NCBI GenBank assembly: GCA_035559535.1
Contig: DATMBG010000042.1
Location: forward strand, 1 to 64,000
Direction of reading: 5' to 3'
From: Candidatus Limnocylindrales bacterium
GTDB lineage: Bacteria > Moduliflexota > Moduliflexia > Moduliflexales > JAUQPW01
DNA: 64,000 nt
Part shown: one piece after another, positions 10,304 to 21,053 of the stretch
Numbering within the stretch: the stretch's first letter is position 1
How the letters are laid out: every line of letters begins with the position of its first letter
Notes under the pieces: generated by a model
Seen by the model: only the letters and a program-made list of their open reading frames with translations
What the model was told of the DNA's origin: nothing
The model's database searches: none
Translations under genes and position numbers: made by a program

Positions 10304-11265
10304 AATCGGTCTTCTGTACTGAGATACCTTTCTCCACTATCTGGCAAAATAGTTACAATCACCCCCTGGGTAAGCTGCCGACCTACCTCCATAACCCCAA
10401 CTAAAGCGGCCCCTGCCGAGTGGCCTATTAAAAGTCCCTCTTCCCGGGCCATCCTGTGGGCCATCTCATAGGCATCATTGGTATTCACGTTGATTTTCAT
10501 GTCGGCAAACTTTTCATCGTAAATTCCAGGAACAATAGAAGTAGCCATATGCTTTAACCCTTCGATCCCATGCAAAGGCTCACCGGGTTCTACAGCAATG
10601 ATTTGAATGTTGGGATTGTACTCCCGCAGTCGCTTTCCCGTTCCCATGAGAGTTCCACTGGTTCCCAGAGCTGCTACAAAGTGGGTAATACGACCTTTGG
10701 TTTGGTTGAAGATTTCTACCCCCGTGGTTTCATAATGGGCTTTGACATTGGCAGGATTATTATACTGATCTGGCATGAAATACTTACCAGGATTTTCATA
10801 GTAAATTTTACGGGCTAATCGAATAGCCCCATCAGAACCTTCAAAAGGACTTGAAAAATGAATTTTAGCCCCGTAAGCCCTTAAAATCTTTTTTCTTTCC
10901 TCGCTGGCATTCTCAGGAAGGACAATTTCAACCCGGTACCCGGTTACACTGCCAATCATAGCCAGGGCAATACCGGTATTACCCGAGGTCGGCTCCAAAA
11001 TAATTTTATCCTTGGTTAACCTGCCGGATCTTTCCCCTTCCCGTAACATCATCAAGGCAGCCCGATCCTTGACAGAACCACCCGGATTGAACCATTCTGC
11101 CTTGGCATAAACCTCTACCCCTCCTAACTCCTGGCTTAAACTTTCAATCTTTATCAAAGGGGTATTACCAATCTGACTCAGTATGGACCCAGATCGAAGA
11201 CTCCCTTCAACAGTTCTATTCGGCCTCGGGGCTTTTACATTACTATCTAAGGTGGCTACCATCAT
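10300..11265 (-). CDS. cysM: PLP-dependent cysteine synthase (CysM-like)
   Basis: IGNTPL, NPGGSVKDR, PTSGNTG, GTSGT, PDSGERYLST. Confidence 0.88.
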   Translation of the reverse strand: MMVATLDSNVKAPRPNRTVEGSLRSGSILSQIGNTPLIKIESLSQELGGVEVYAKAEWFNPGGSVKDRAALMMLREGERSGRLTKDKIILEPTSGNTGIALAMIGSVTGYRVEIVLPENASEERKKILRAYGAKIHFSSPFEGSDGAIRLARKIYYENPGKYFMPDQYNNPANVKAHYETTGVEIFNQTKGRITHFVAALGTSGTLMGTGKRLREYNPNIQIIAVEPGEPLHGIEGLKHMATSIVPGIYDEKFADMKINVNTNDAYEMAHRMAREEGLLIGHSAGAALVGVMEVGRQLTQGVIVTILPDSGERYLSTEDRL

Positions 11266-11526
11266 CTCTCTACTCCTTGTTTGAATGAAAATGGCTCAAC
11301 TTTTTGAGTCTGCTTCAAAATGTTCGTCGGTTTCTTGAGACAACAAAAAATAAAAATACCTGACTCTTTTGTCAAGATTCAGAATTTAATATATTCTGCG
11401 CTTTAAGTTTTGACAAGGGGAATTTTCCGTTTCCAAACCTTTCTCCTCCACTTTTAGAGAAGAAATAAAACAGACTTCAAGCTATTTCCCCTTATACCGA
11501 CTTTATAGTGAAATTCGACCCAAGCA

Positions 11527-11551
11527 TAGGGCACGTTGTAGCGTGCCCTAC
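11527..11551. repeat. GTAG-type REP-like palindrome; related copies at 33501-33527, 36160-36187, 43498-43523
   Basis: TAGGGCACG-TTGTAG-CGTGCCCTAC and similar hairpins ending in CCCTAC. Confidence 0.7.
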
Positions 11552-11758
11552 CAGATAGGGATAATTTCAACATGAATCTGGTATAACTTTTTCCTGAGCC
11601 TGAAAGTTAGAGCCCCTCTTCCGTCCTGCTGCTTTCAAATGAAGAACCTTTCTATATTTCATAGGGCCCTCCAATAGTCCCTAAGCAGGGATAGGCGGGA
11701 AACCGATCTTCGGGGGATTAGAAAAGTAGCATGGGGGTATAGCCTCCCGACAAAGCTA

Positions 11759-11787
11759 TTGACAAGCCGGGGAAGTCACTCTAGAAT
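11759..11787 (+). promoter_or_regulatory. Sigma70-type promoter of rnhA
   Basis: TTGACA-N17-TAGAAT. Confidence 0.65.
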
Positions 11788-11864
11788 TTACTAAGATTTT
11801 GAGAGGCTTTTCCATGGATAAGGAGGAGGACCGTTTTATTTGTTCATCGTAAGAGTGGAGAGGA

Positions 11865-12353
11865 ATGAGCCAGCTTAAGAAGGTGATCATGTATACCGAT
11901 GGGGGATGCCTGAAAAATCCCGGTCCGGGAGGTTATGGGGTGGTCTTGCTTAACGGAGATCACAGAAAAGAATTGTCCGGTGGATTTCGACGGACAACGA
12001 ATAACCGTATGGAAATCATGGCGGCCATCGCCGGTCTTCAGGCCCTTAAGACCCAATGCGAGGTAACCCTTTATACCGATTCGCAATACCTGGTTAACGC
12101 CATGACGAAAGGATGGGTGAAACGATGGCAGGCAAACGGTTGGATGAGAAACAGGGAGGAGAAGGCTCTCAACTCTGATTTATGGGAGCAACTGCTCCGA
12201 TTATGCCAACAGCACAAAGTTGAGTTTGTATGGATTCGAGGGCATGCGGGTAATTCGGAAAATGAGCGCTGCGATCAACTGGCTAAACAAGCCGCCCGGC
12301 AGAAAGATTTACCTGCTGACCTAGTTTATGAGAGTCAGGAAGGACAGAGATGA
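11865..12353 (+). CDS. rnhA: Ribonuclease HI
   Basis: [38 protein letters not shown]. Confidence 0.96.
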   Translation: MSQLKKVIMYTDGGCLKNPGPGGYGVVLLNGDHRKELSGGFRRTTNNRMEIMAAIAGLQALKTQCEVTLYTDSQYLVNAMTKGWVKRWQANGWMRNREEKALNSDLWEQLLRLCQQHKVEFVWIRGHAGNSENERCDQLAKQAARQKDLPADLVYESQEGQR

Positions 12354-12441
12354 CCCTAGTAAGGGCTTTAAGTAAAAGCTTTTAAATTTCAAAAGATATC
12401 TTAACGTTCCAACCAAATTGTTTGTAGAGGAGAACCCTAAC

Positions 12442-13353
12442 ATGAAACAATTCCTTAGACGACTGGTGAGGAAGCGGCGTGCTTTTTCTCATATCTGGAG
12501 GAAAATCCGACAACCGGTTATCATTGCCATTGGAGCCATTATAGCTGCCTTTGGCTATAGCCTTTTTCAGGTACCCTTCAACCTTGCAGCAGGTGGGATC
12601 AGCGGAATCGGCATTATCATCAATCACTTTACCGGCTGGCCGGTAGGCGTTCTGTATTTAATCATGAACATTCCTCTCTTGACCCTGGGTTACTTCTATT
12701 TAGGGCGCTGGCAGTTCTTGATTTACACCATGCTGGCCGTTTTTATCTTTTCCATGGCAACGGATCTATTCATTGCCTTCTTTCCTGTGATCCTGACCCA
12801 GTATCCCATTACTACCGACATACTGCTGAGCACGGTCTATGCCGGATTGGTTTCCGGTATTGGAGTAGGGATTATTTATCGGGCAGGGGGGACGATTGGG
12901 GGTACAGGGATCGTGGGCCGTATCCTCCAGCAGAAGACCGGGATTCCCCTGAGCCAGATATATCTATATACCGACGGGATCATTATCCTGGCTGCAGGAT
13001 TTGTATTTGGCTGGGAAACTGCCTTACATGCTCTCTTGACCCTGTTTCTGAATGGATTGGCCTCCGATTTCGCCCTGGAAGGACCCAGTACCGTCCGTAC
13101 GGTGGTTATTGTCACGGATCGTCCCGAGGAATTAACCAAAGCCCTGATGGAAGGGTTACATCGGGGGGTTACTCACTGGCAGGTGATCGGGGGTTATACC
13201 CATCAACCCCATTTTATTGTCTGGTGTGCCGTATACCGTCCGCAGGTTATTGAAATGAAACGAATTGTAGCATCGGTGGATCCTAAAGCCTTTGTGGTAA
13301 TTGGCAATGCTCACCAGGCCCTGGGATCCGGTTTTATTCCGCTGAAACGTTGA
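12442..13353 (+). CDS. YitT family membrane protein (C-terminal DUF2179-type domain)
   Basis: LAAGGISG, GGTIGGTGI, HRGVT, DPKAFVVI; ATG 12442 with SD. Confidence 0.85.
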   Translation: MKQFLRRLVRKRRAFSHIWRKIRQPVIIAIGAIIAAFGYSLFQVPFNLAAGGISGIGIIINHFTGWPVGVLYLIMNIPLLTLGYFYLGRWQFLIYTMLAVFIFSMATDLFIAFFPVILTQYPITTDILLSTVYAGLVSGIGVGIIYRAGGTIGGTGIVGRILQQKTGIPLSQIYLYTDGIIILAAGFVFGWETALHALLTLFLNGLASDFALEGPSTVRTVVIVTDRPEELTKALMEGLHRGVTHWQVIGGYTHQPHFIVWCAVYRPQVIEMKRIVASVDPKAFVVIGNAHQALGSGFIPLKR

Positions 13354-13677
13354 TCGTTCCGAAACTTCCAGAAAATCCAGGCGGCAGTCTTGAGAGAAAC
13401 TCACAGATAAAAGTTTAGTGCCTTTATATCAGATTTCCTTCAAAAATTTTTTACACCCCCTCAATTTTAAAAGTAAGTGAAAAATTTTAAAAGAAAAAAC
13501 TCGAAAATATTTTATATTCTTATTTCTCGGCTTCATGATTCTTTTAATGATCCGGTAACTCATTTATTCAAAGTTGAAAGTTCATCCCGGAGAATTTAAT
13601 ATATAAACTTGGAAAGCCCAAAAGCCATCCCTGGGATGGGTTCTGATCAGGAGATTAACCAAGGAGGTGTATCGACG

Positions 13678-14172
13678 ATGTTAGGATTAACCAAGTGGAA
13701 TCCCTTTAATGAAATCTTCACCATTCAAAACGAACTGGACAATCTCTTTGATAGAATTTGGGGTGATACCGTGAGAAGCAGGTTTGTAACAGGTCTGAGT
13801 CCCTGGAGTTACCGGAGTGGTCACTGGTACCCTGCCATGGAATGTTTCGTTAAAGGCGAGGAATTGGTGGTACGGGCGGTATTGCCCGGCATAGATCCGA
13901 AAGAAGTTGATATATCCGTATTGGGAAATCAACTGATCCTCAAAGGCGAACGTAAACCCCTGGAAGGGATGAAGAGTGAAGATTATTATTTTAGCGAAAT
14001 TCCCTATGGAAAGTTTGAACGAACCATTACCCTTCCGAGAAAAGTAGATGCGGAACAGATCCATGCAAAATATAAAGATGGGGTTTTGGAAATTACCTTA
14101 CCGGCTTCCGATATTGTTCCTAAAAAGGTTCCTGTGATGGTTGAGACCGGTGAAAAAGCCTTGAATGCCTGA
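13678..14172 (+). CDS. Hsp20/alpha-crystallin small heat shock protein
   Basis: LPGIDPKEVDI, YGKFERTITLP, AKYKDGVLEITLP; AAGGAGG SD before ATG 13678. Confidence 0.93.
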   Translation: MLGLTKWNPFNEIFTIQNELDNLFDRIWGDTVRSRFVTGLSPWSYRSGHWYPAMECFVKGEELVVRAVLPGIDPKEVDISVLGNQLILKGERKPLEGMKSEDYYFSEIPYGKFERTITLPRKVDAEQIHAKYKDGVLEITLPASDIVPKKVPVMVETGEKALNA

Positions 14173-14234
14173 TTAACCTAATTAAATTGAAAACCCATCC
14201 CCGGGATGGCCTTCTCAACAAGCCCTTCCTCAAG

Positions 14235-14278
14235 AAGCTTCTCCCCTCTGCCTCCACCAGGAGGGGAGGAGCTTTTTT
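14235..14278 (+). terminator. Rho-independent terminator after hsp20
   Basis: GCTTCTCCCCT...AGGGGAGGAGC stem followed by a T run. Confidence 0.65.
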
Positions 14279-14720
14279 ATTATCCCGGCTTCCTTTTACC
14301 CACTCCGGTAAACTTACAACCGGTGTATCCGTATCAATTTAGTAGGTGGAAAAAGAAACACCCCTCTGGCCCCCCTGCAGGGGGGGACCGACCTCGACCT
14401 GGGGTGGCTGCTGCTGAAGTTCCCCCCTGCAGGGGGGCCAGAGGGGTGTTCAGACAGAAAAAGTGCCACCTTCTAAATTGTTATAGTCACCACAACCGGT
14501 AAAAAAGTTGACATGGGATCAAAGGGGTGATTAAAATATCCATAGATCTGGTTACAATACTGACTTTATATTGAAATTCAAGTTGAGTGCAAAGGCACGT
14601 AAGCAACATACCCTTACCGTCCAGGAATAATTTCAAAATGAAGTGGGGATAGGGTATGATCCCACTATTTACCGGCGAGATAAATTCGCTCACCATATAT
14701 CCTTATCAGGAGGTAACAGG

Positions 14721-15710
14721 ATGCGTTATTTGACGGGTTTAATTTTTCTGTTTTTTACGTTGTTTGGAGAAGTCTGGGCCTTAGAGGCCGGAAAAGTAGA
14801 CATTACTCTATGGCCCGTCCCCTGGAAGAATACACGACCCCGGGATCCTTATGTAGACCAGCAAAATCGAGTTTGGTTTGTTGGACAGGCAGGGGATTAC
14901 ATTGCTTATCTCGATCCAGAGAGCTCTCAATTCAAGCGATATGATCTGGAATCGGGCACCGGTCCGCACAATTTGATTGTGGATGCCAAGGGATATGTAT
15001 GGTACGCAGGTAATTTAAAAGCCTACATCGGAAAATTAGATCCCAAGACCGGAAAAGTTGCCCAATATGCGATGCCCAATCCTGCTGCACGAGATCCCCA
15101 TACCCTGGTCTTTGATCAAAAAGGCGATATCTGGTTTACAGTCCAGGGAGGAAATTTTGTTGGAAAACTCTCCACTCAGACCGGTGAGATTCAGCTAATT
15201 TCCGTCCCAACTCCCCAGGCACGGCCCTATGGAATCATCATTGACTCAAAAAATCGTCCCTGGATTTGTGAATTTGGGAGTAACAAACTGGCCACCGTAG
15301 ATCCCAATACCTTGAAACTCCAGGAGATCTCCCTACCCCGTGAATCGGCCCGACCCCGTCGGATCGTTGCAACTTCCGATGATAAGATCTGGTATGTAGA
15401 CTATGCAGAAGGTTTTTTAGGGCAGTATGATCCGACTACCGGTAAATTCAACGAATGGCCGCTGCCGGCAGGAACTGATTCCAGGCCTTATGGGATGGCT
15501 GTAGACGATCAGGATCGTATTTGGATCGTTGAGACCGGCCCTCAACCCAACCGATTTGTAGGCTTCGACCCAAAGACCCATCAGTTCTTCAGTGTTACGG
15601 AAATCGAAAATGCAAGGGGATCGGTACGTCATATGTTCTTCCATAAGCCCTCTCAAACGGTCTGGTTTGGAACGGATAGCAACTATATCGGACGAGCCCG
15701 ACTTCATTAA
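14721..15710 (+). CDS. Secreted Vgb (virginiamycin B lyase)-like beta-propeller protein
   Basis: Signal peptide; repeated P-x-x-x-x-x-D-x-x-G/N-x-(I/V)-W-F blades; AGGAGG SD. Confidence 0.8.
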   Translation: MRYLTGLIFLFFTLFGEVWALEAGKVDITLWPVPWKNTRPRDPYVDQQNRVWFVGQAGDYIAYLDPESSQFKRYDLESGTGPHNLIVDAKGYVWYAGNLKAYIGKLDPKTGKVAQYAMPNPAARDPHTLVFDQKGDIWFTVQGGNFVGKLSTQTGEIQLISVPTPQARPYGIIIDSKNRPWICEFGSNKLATVDPNTLKLQEISLPRESARPRRIVATSDDKIWYVDYAEGFLGQYDPTTGKFNEWPLPAGTDSRPYGMAVDDQDRIWIVETGPQPNRFVGFDPKTHQFFSVTEIENARGSVRHMFFHKPSQTVWFGTDSNYIGRARLH

Positions 15711-15722
15711 TCCTTCATAACA

Positions 15723-16295
15723 ATGGGAAGGCGTTTAATCTGGCTTATTTTATCCGGTAGTTTTGGGGTCATCCTGGTATTATCCCATCTTCTGAAAACA
15801 ACCCTGGCCTATCCCGAACATCCTCCCTTGGCTCACACCGGAGGCTTTGGCGAACCGACCTGTCAACAATGTCATTTTGATCAAACCCTCAATGATCCTG
15901 AGGGGTCTTTAACTCTGGAAGGCTTACCCGAGACCTATACCGCCGGTACCCGGTATCGATTAACGGTTAGCCTAAAGAGGTCGAATATGCGTAAAGGCGG
16001 TTTCCAATTGGCAGTTCGCTTTAAAACAGGAAAGCAGGCAGGCTCCTTACGAGCCGTGGATGAACGGGTGGAGTTGGTTCAAGAGGCCCCTTCTGAGATT
16101 CAATATGCTCAGCATACCAGGGCCGGAACTTCTCTGGTATCTTCAGATATGGCAAGATGGACTGTGGAATGGATGGCCCCCACAACAGGCAAGGAGGTCG
16201 TAATATGTAATGTGGTTGCCAATGCTGCAAACGATGATGCCTCTCAGTTCGGTGACTACATTTATGTAAGAGATTTTCTCAGCAAAGCACGGTAG
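15723..16295 (+). CDS. Secreted Reeler/choice-of-anchor V-like protein with one CxxCH
   Basis: HTGGFGEPTCQQCH, GFQL, WTVEWMAP, NAANDD. Confidence 0.65.
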   Translation: MGRRLIWLILSGSFGVILVLSHLLKTTLAYPEHPPLAHTGGFGEPTCQQCHFDQTLNDPEGSLTLEGLPETYTAGTRYRLTVSLKRSNMRKGGFQLAVRFKTGKQAGSLRAVDERVELVQEAPSEIQYAQHTRAGTSLVSSDMARWTVEWMAPTTGKEVVICNVVANAANDDASQFGDYIYVRDFLSKAR

Positions 16296-16315
16296 GTTAA
16301 ACGTCCCGTTTGACA

Positions 16316-17788
16316 CTATCCTGGAAATTCTAAAGCCCGTTGAAGAGCTCTAAGATTTATCGGCTTGGTAAAGTGATGGTCAAAGCCGGCTTCTCGGGCT
16401 CGTTGTGGGTCTTCTTTTTGTCCATAGCCTGTCAAGGCGATCAATACTACCTGAGAGAGCTGAGGTTCCTGTCGAAATCGTCGGGCTACTTCGTAGCCGT
16501 TTATTCCCGGTAGATCAATATCCAGTAACACAACTTCCGGTCGATAAGAGGTCGCCAACTCAATGGCCGTTGGGCCATCCTGGGCGATCTGGACCTCATG
16601 GCCCCATAACTTCAAGAGCTTACCCAAACTAACCGCCGCGTCGGTATTGTCGTCTACCACCAGGATGCGTCGATGGGGAGGGTTCTTGCCCCCGGAGGCA
16701 GGTTGAAATTTTTTCCAGGGGGTTTCTGGCGAAACCGACAAAAGGGGTAGTTGGACAACAAATTCACTTCCCTGGCCCGGGCCTGCGCTGTAAGCAGAGA
16801 TCTTTCCACCGTGCAGTTCTACCAGACTCCGTACCAGCGTAAGTCCTATTCCCAGACCTCCCCGTAATCGATCTTGAGAGCCATTCACCTGCGTGAAGAG
16901 ATCAAAAATACGATCCACCATCTCTGGAGGAATGCCTATTCCGGTATCTCGCACCCGAAGTACGGCCTTTTCTCCTTCTCGATAAACCGTCAGCCAGATC
17001 TGACCCCCGGGATCTGTATATTTGGCGGCATTATTTAACAGGTTGACCAGAACCTGCTCCAACCGAACAGGATCGGCTTCTAGATACAAAGGTTCTGAAG
17101 GTAAAGAAACCGATACCTTATGTTTACGGGCTTCGATAAAAGGACGGCTGGTATCCAAGGCATGAGTGACAACCGTGGTCAGGTCCAGAAGTTCCTTACA
17201 TAACTCGATTTTCCCACAGGTGATTCGGGAAATATCCAGCAGATCTTCAACCAATCGGTTCATGTGCCGAAGCTGTCGTTCCACCACTTCTACAGGCCAC
17301 CTGAGATCTGGGTTATGGGTATTTTCCAGACGCAATATTTGAACAGCATTCAAGCTAGAGGTAAGAGGGTTGCGTAGCTCATGGGCGAGCATGGCCAGAA
17401 AGGTATTTTTGCGTTTATCGGCTTCTGCCAGTTCTGCCACCCGCTGTTTAAGCTCTTTCTCTAATCGCCTCCGGGTCTCAGTAAGGGAACTGATCAAAAG
17501 AGCTACGAGCACAAATACACTAAGCTCCAGCATATCATCTAATCCAAAAGTCAGGGAGTGGGTTGGAGGCATAAAAAAATAGTCGATCATCCAAGCAGAT
17601 AGAAAGGTTGCCCATAATCCCGGTCCCAGGCCTCCATACCAGCTACTAATGGTCACAGCCGCAAAAAACAATGGATCGGCGCTTGGTTCAATCAGTGGCC
17701 ATAACCCATAAGTTAACAACAGAGCCAGAATCACAACTGATATAGCCATTCCATAACGTAACCAGATGGGGTTTGTTGTTTCCGGCAT
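16316..17788 (-). CDS. Hybrid sensor histidine kinase (DUF4118-like TM, HisKA, HATPase, REC)
   Basis: LAHELRNPL, NLLNNAAKYT, DTGIG, GLGIGL, LVVDDN, LLDIDLP, TKP. Confidence 0.93.
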   Translation of the reverse strand: MPETTNPIWLRYGMAISVVILALLLTYGLWPLIEPSADPLFFAAVTISSWYGGLGPGLWATFLSAWMIDYFFMPPTHSLTFGLDDMLELSVFVLVALLISSLTETRRRLEKELKQRVAELAEADKRKNTFLAMLAHELRNPLTSSLNAVQILRLENTHNPDLRWPVEVVERQLRHMNRLVEDLLDISRITCGKIELCKELLDLTTVVTHALDTSRPFIEARKHKVSVSLPSEPLYLEADPVRLEQVLVNLLNNAAKYTDPGGQIWLTVYREGEKAVLRVRDTGIGIPPEMVDRIFDLFTQVNGSQDRLRGGLGIGLTLVRSLVELHGGKISAYSAGPGQGSEFVVQLPLLSVSPETPWKKFQPASGGKNPPHRRILVVDDNTDAAVSLGKLLKLWGHEVQIAQDGPTAIELATSYRPEVVLLDIDLPGINGYEVARRFRQEPQLSQVVLIALTGYGQKEDPQRAREAGFDHHFTKPINLRALQRALEFPG

Positions 17789-18105
17789 ATCTTCCCTCCT
17801 ACTCTAGGAACAGATACCGACAAAATAATATCTTTATCATACGTCGACCGATCGGGAAGTACAAGAAATTTTTCTGGGAAGTTCGAGGACGAGAACTTCA
17901 ACAAACCATAGAGTAATTTTATTAAATAATGTAATTTATTCTATAAGGATTTTATATTTCGGTAAGATAAGTAAGGGTTACCCGTTTATGCCGGTTAATT
18001 TACTGCGAAGTATGGTACCTGGAAAAGCCTTTATTCTAAATTGCAGGAATCCCACCGCGATATGGGTTGAGCCTCTGCCCTGTCTCGGGGGGTGGAGGTC
18101 GGATC

Positions 18106-19443
18106 ATGTCATCTAAGCTTCAACAGGATAAAATGGAGGATTCTTTTACCTCCGATGAGCTTCGGGAAGCATGGCCTCTGCTTTTAACGGTAGATCGTGT
18201 GGAGTTTTTTAAACAGCTGCCTCAGGAAGATGCCGAGGAGTTCTTCTTCAGTTTGCAGGCCAGAGAACAGTTAGAGCTTTTATTGGCCCTTAAGCCGACA
18301 GAACGCCGGACCTGGATGCGATTGCTGGAACCGGATGATGCAGCGGATGTGATTCAAGAAGCCCCTCCCGAGGAAAGAGAGGGCCTTCTTGCCCTTCTCG
18401 ATGATACCACCCGCAAGGAAGTGTCTGCGCTTCTTGCCTATGCCGAGGATGAAGCCGGTGGATTGATGAATCCCCGTTATGCCAGAGTCCGTCCGGATAT
18501 GACCGTGGATGAGGCCATCAGTTACCTGCGAAAGCAAGCGCGGGAACGGGTTGAGACCATTTATTATGCTTATGTATTGGATGCCCAACAGCATTTGCTG
18601 GGAGTCGTATCGTTTCGTGAGCTTTTCTCAGCCCAGGGGAATAAAAAAATTCGGGATGTGATGCGCACCGATGTGATCTCTGTACCCGAGGATATGGATC
18701 AGGAAGCGGTAAGTCGTTTATTGGCCCAGTATGACCTGATGGCTATTCCGGTTGTGGATGGTGAAGGACGTATGAAGGGGATTGTAACTGTGGATGACAT
18801 TGTAGACGTCGTTCAGGAGGTGGCCACAGAAGATATTCAAAAAATCGGTGGTATGGAGGCCCTGGATGCTCCCTATCTAAGGATTGAGTTCTGGCGTATG
18901 ATCAAGAAGCGGGCCGGCTGGCTTTCCGCTCTTTTCCTGGGTGAGATGCTGACCGCTACGGCCATGAGTTACTATGAGCAGGAAATTGCACGGGCCGTTG
19001 TACTGGCTCTTTTCATCCCGCTGATTATCAGCAGTGGGGGAAATTCAGGCTCCCAGGCCTCTACTCTGGTGATTCGGGCTATGGCCCTGGAAGAGATCCG
19101 ACTACGGGATTGGTGGCGAGTACTTTTTCGGGAGTTTTTGGCAGGGATCGCCTTGGGGGTTATTTTAGGAACCATCGGTCTCATGCGTATTCTCCTGTGG
19201 CCGTCTAAACAAACCATCTACGGAGAACATTACCTCATGGTTGGCCTTACCGTTGCCTGTAGCCTGATCGGTGTGGTAACCTTTGGAACCCTCGCCGGTT
19301 CTGCACTTCCCTTCATCCTCAGACGATTGGGATTTGACCCGGCCAGTGCCTCCGCTCCGTTTGTGGCAACCCTGGTCGATGTTTCCGGACTCGTTATCTA
19401 TTTCACTATCGCCAGTCTCATATTAAAAGGAACCCTGCTGTAA
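18106..19443 (+). CDS. mgtE: Magnesium transporter MgtE
   Basis: AGGLM, CBS pair, GIVTVDD, SGGNSGSQ, DPASASAPFVATLVD. Confidence 0.95.
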   Translation: MSSKLQQDKMEDSFTSDELREAWPLLLTVDRVEFFKQLPQEDAEEFFFSLQAREQLELLLALKPTERRTWMRLLEPDDAADVIQEAPPEEREGLLALLDDTTRKEVSALLAYAEDEAGGLMNPRYARVRPDMTVDEAISYLRKQARERVETIYYAYVLDAQQHLLGVVSFRELFSAQGNKKIRDVMRTDVISVPEDMDQEAVSRLLAQYDLMAIPVVDGEGRMKGIVTVDDIVDVVQEVATEDIQKIGGMEALDAPYLRIEFWRMIKKRAGWLSALFLGEMLTATAMSYYEQEIARAVVLALFIPLIISSGGNSGSQASTLVIRAMALEEIRLRDWWRVLFREFLAGIALGVILGTIGLMRILLWPSKQTIYGEHYLMVGLTVACSLIGVVTFGTLAGSALPFILRRLGFDPASASAPFVATLVDVSGLVIYFTIASLILKGTLL

Positions 19444-19710
19444 GCCTCCGAAACTTTCTTTATCTAAAAGAGCAGAATAAAGCTAACGACGAATCCTTCA
19501 AGTTTTTTCCTTGATTTTTTTAACTAGAAGATATTACGTAGCTATGAGTTCTTTGCCACTGGCGAATTCCGAATGAAGACTCGTATATTGTAAGTACTGA
19601 GTTTAATTTCTGTTAAGGTTTAGTACTTTGTAAAGCTAGATTTGAATAAGCGTTCTGCCCTCATCCCCAACTTCCTTCTCCCGAGGCTTCGGGAGGGGGA
19701 CCAGGGGCAC

Positions 19711-19888
19711 ACGCGCCAGGATAAGCTGAAAAGCCCCATCAGGGGCAGACAGTTGGGAGCCCCCGACTTGCGTCGGGAGATTCAGAATTTTTTTCAAGCT
19801 CCCTGGCAGCGCCTGTTAAACAGGTTGCCCCGCTGGGGCTAACCAAATTGTCAACCGGAGACGGTTAACCTACTTATCCCGGTGCGTA
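19711..19888. mobile_element. MITE-like element with ACGCGCCAGGATAAG / CTTATCCCGGTGCGT terminal inverted repeats, nested in a palindromic repeat
   Basis: Same TIR sequence at 36067-36248 and 36289-36360; shares internal GCTGAAAAGCCCC with the 36289 copy. Confidence 0.55.
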
Positions 19889-19980
19889 GAAGGGCCGGGG
19901 TGAGGGTAAAGAGTTCTGCTGATTTAATTTAGTACGGGTCGTTTTCAATAATTTCAATAAAAAAAGAGGTGTAAACAACT

Positions 19981-20463
19981 ATGGACATTATGGAATCGGG
20001 TGGATCCTGGAGTTCAGGATATCTTCTCTCTAAATTAGAAGAAGCTATTGCCTGGGCAAGGAAATATTCCATCTTTCAATACCCCTTTGTAACGGCCTGT
20101 TGCGGTATGGAGTATATGGCAACAGCCTGTTCCCATTATGATATTGACCGGTTTGGGGCCGGGTTACCCAGGTTTTCACCCCGTCAGGCAGATGTACTTT
20201 TTGTGGTGGGTACCATCAGCCACAAGCTGGCTCCAGTACTTAAAAAAGTCTATGACCAGATGTGCGAACCTAAATGGGTCGTTGCTTTTGGCGTATGTAC
20301 CTGTACGGGAGGTTTTTACGATAACTATGCGACGGTTCAAGGGATCGATACCATTATTCCGGTGGACATCTACATACCGGGTTGCCCGCCACGTCCCGAA
20401 ACCGTCCTGGATGGTCTCATGAAACTCCAGGAAAAAATCCAAAAACAAAAACAACTGGTTTAA
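19981..20463 (+). CDS. nuoB: NADH-quinone oxidoreductase subunit B
   Basis: TACCGME, SPRQAD, GCPPRPE. Confidence 0.96.
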   Translation: MDIMESGGSWSSGYLLSKLEEAIAWARKYSIFQYPFVTACCGMEYMATACSHYDIDRFGAGLPRFSPRQADVLFVVGTISHKLAPVLKKVYDQMCEPKWVVAFGVCTCTGGFYDNYATVQGIDTIIPVDIYIPGCPPRPETVLDGLMKLQEKIQKQKQLV

Positions 20464-20476
20464 TAGGGAAAACACC

Positions 20477-20968
20477 ATGAGTGACGAAAGCCTTACCCTT
20501 CAGCTCCTGAAAGAGCAATTCCCGGATAAAATTATAGAAACCCATTCTTATCGTGGGGATGATACGGCCATTGTAAAGAAGGAAGCCATTCTGGAAGTTC
20601 TAAAATTCCTTAAAGAAGATGCCCGGTTGAAATATAATTTTTTGATGGATCTGGCCGGAGTGGATTATTTGACCTATAAAAAGGACCCTCGGTTTGAGGT
20701 GGTGTATCATCTTTACTCGTTGGAGTATAACCGACGTGTACGGATCAAAGCTCCGGTTGATGAAGATGATCCGGTAATTGATTCTGCAACCCCGCTATGG
20801 GAGGCTGCTAACTGGTATGAGCGCGAAGTTTGGGATATGTTTGGAATTAAATTTAGGGGCCACCCCAACCTCAAACGGTTGTTGATGTATGAAGAGTTTG
20901 TCGGACATCCTCTCAGAAAGGATTATCCCATAAACAAACGCCAACCCCTTATAGGACCAAAGATTTAA
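20477..20968 (+). CDS. nuoC: NADH-quinone oxidoreductase subunit C
   Basis: RFEVVYHL, ANWYEREVWDMFG, GHPLRKDYP. Confidence 0.96.
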   Translation: MSDESLTLQLLKEQFPDKIIETHSYRGDDTAIVKKEAILEVLKFLKEDARLKYNFLMDLAGVDYLTYKKDPRFEVVYHLYSLEYNRRVRIKAPVDEDDPVIDSATPLWEAANWYEREVWDMFGIKFRGHPNLKRLLMYEEFVGHPLRKDYPINKRQPLIGPKI

Positions 20969-21053
20969 GTCCTGAAGGTTGAGTACCGGGTGCTGAGAGA
21001 AAAGCTTCACTGAGTACTCCCTACTCAATCCTCAGGACTCAGGACTTATAGGT

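Noticed and set aside
9710-10471. 253-aa plus-strand ORF and many similar antisense ORFs
   Set aside because: Antisense shadows of well-supported genes, with no motifs
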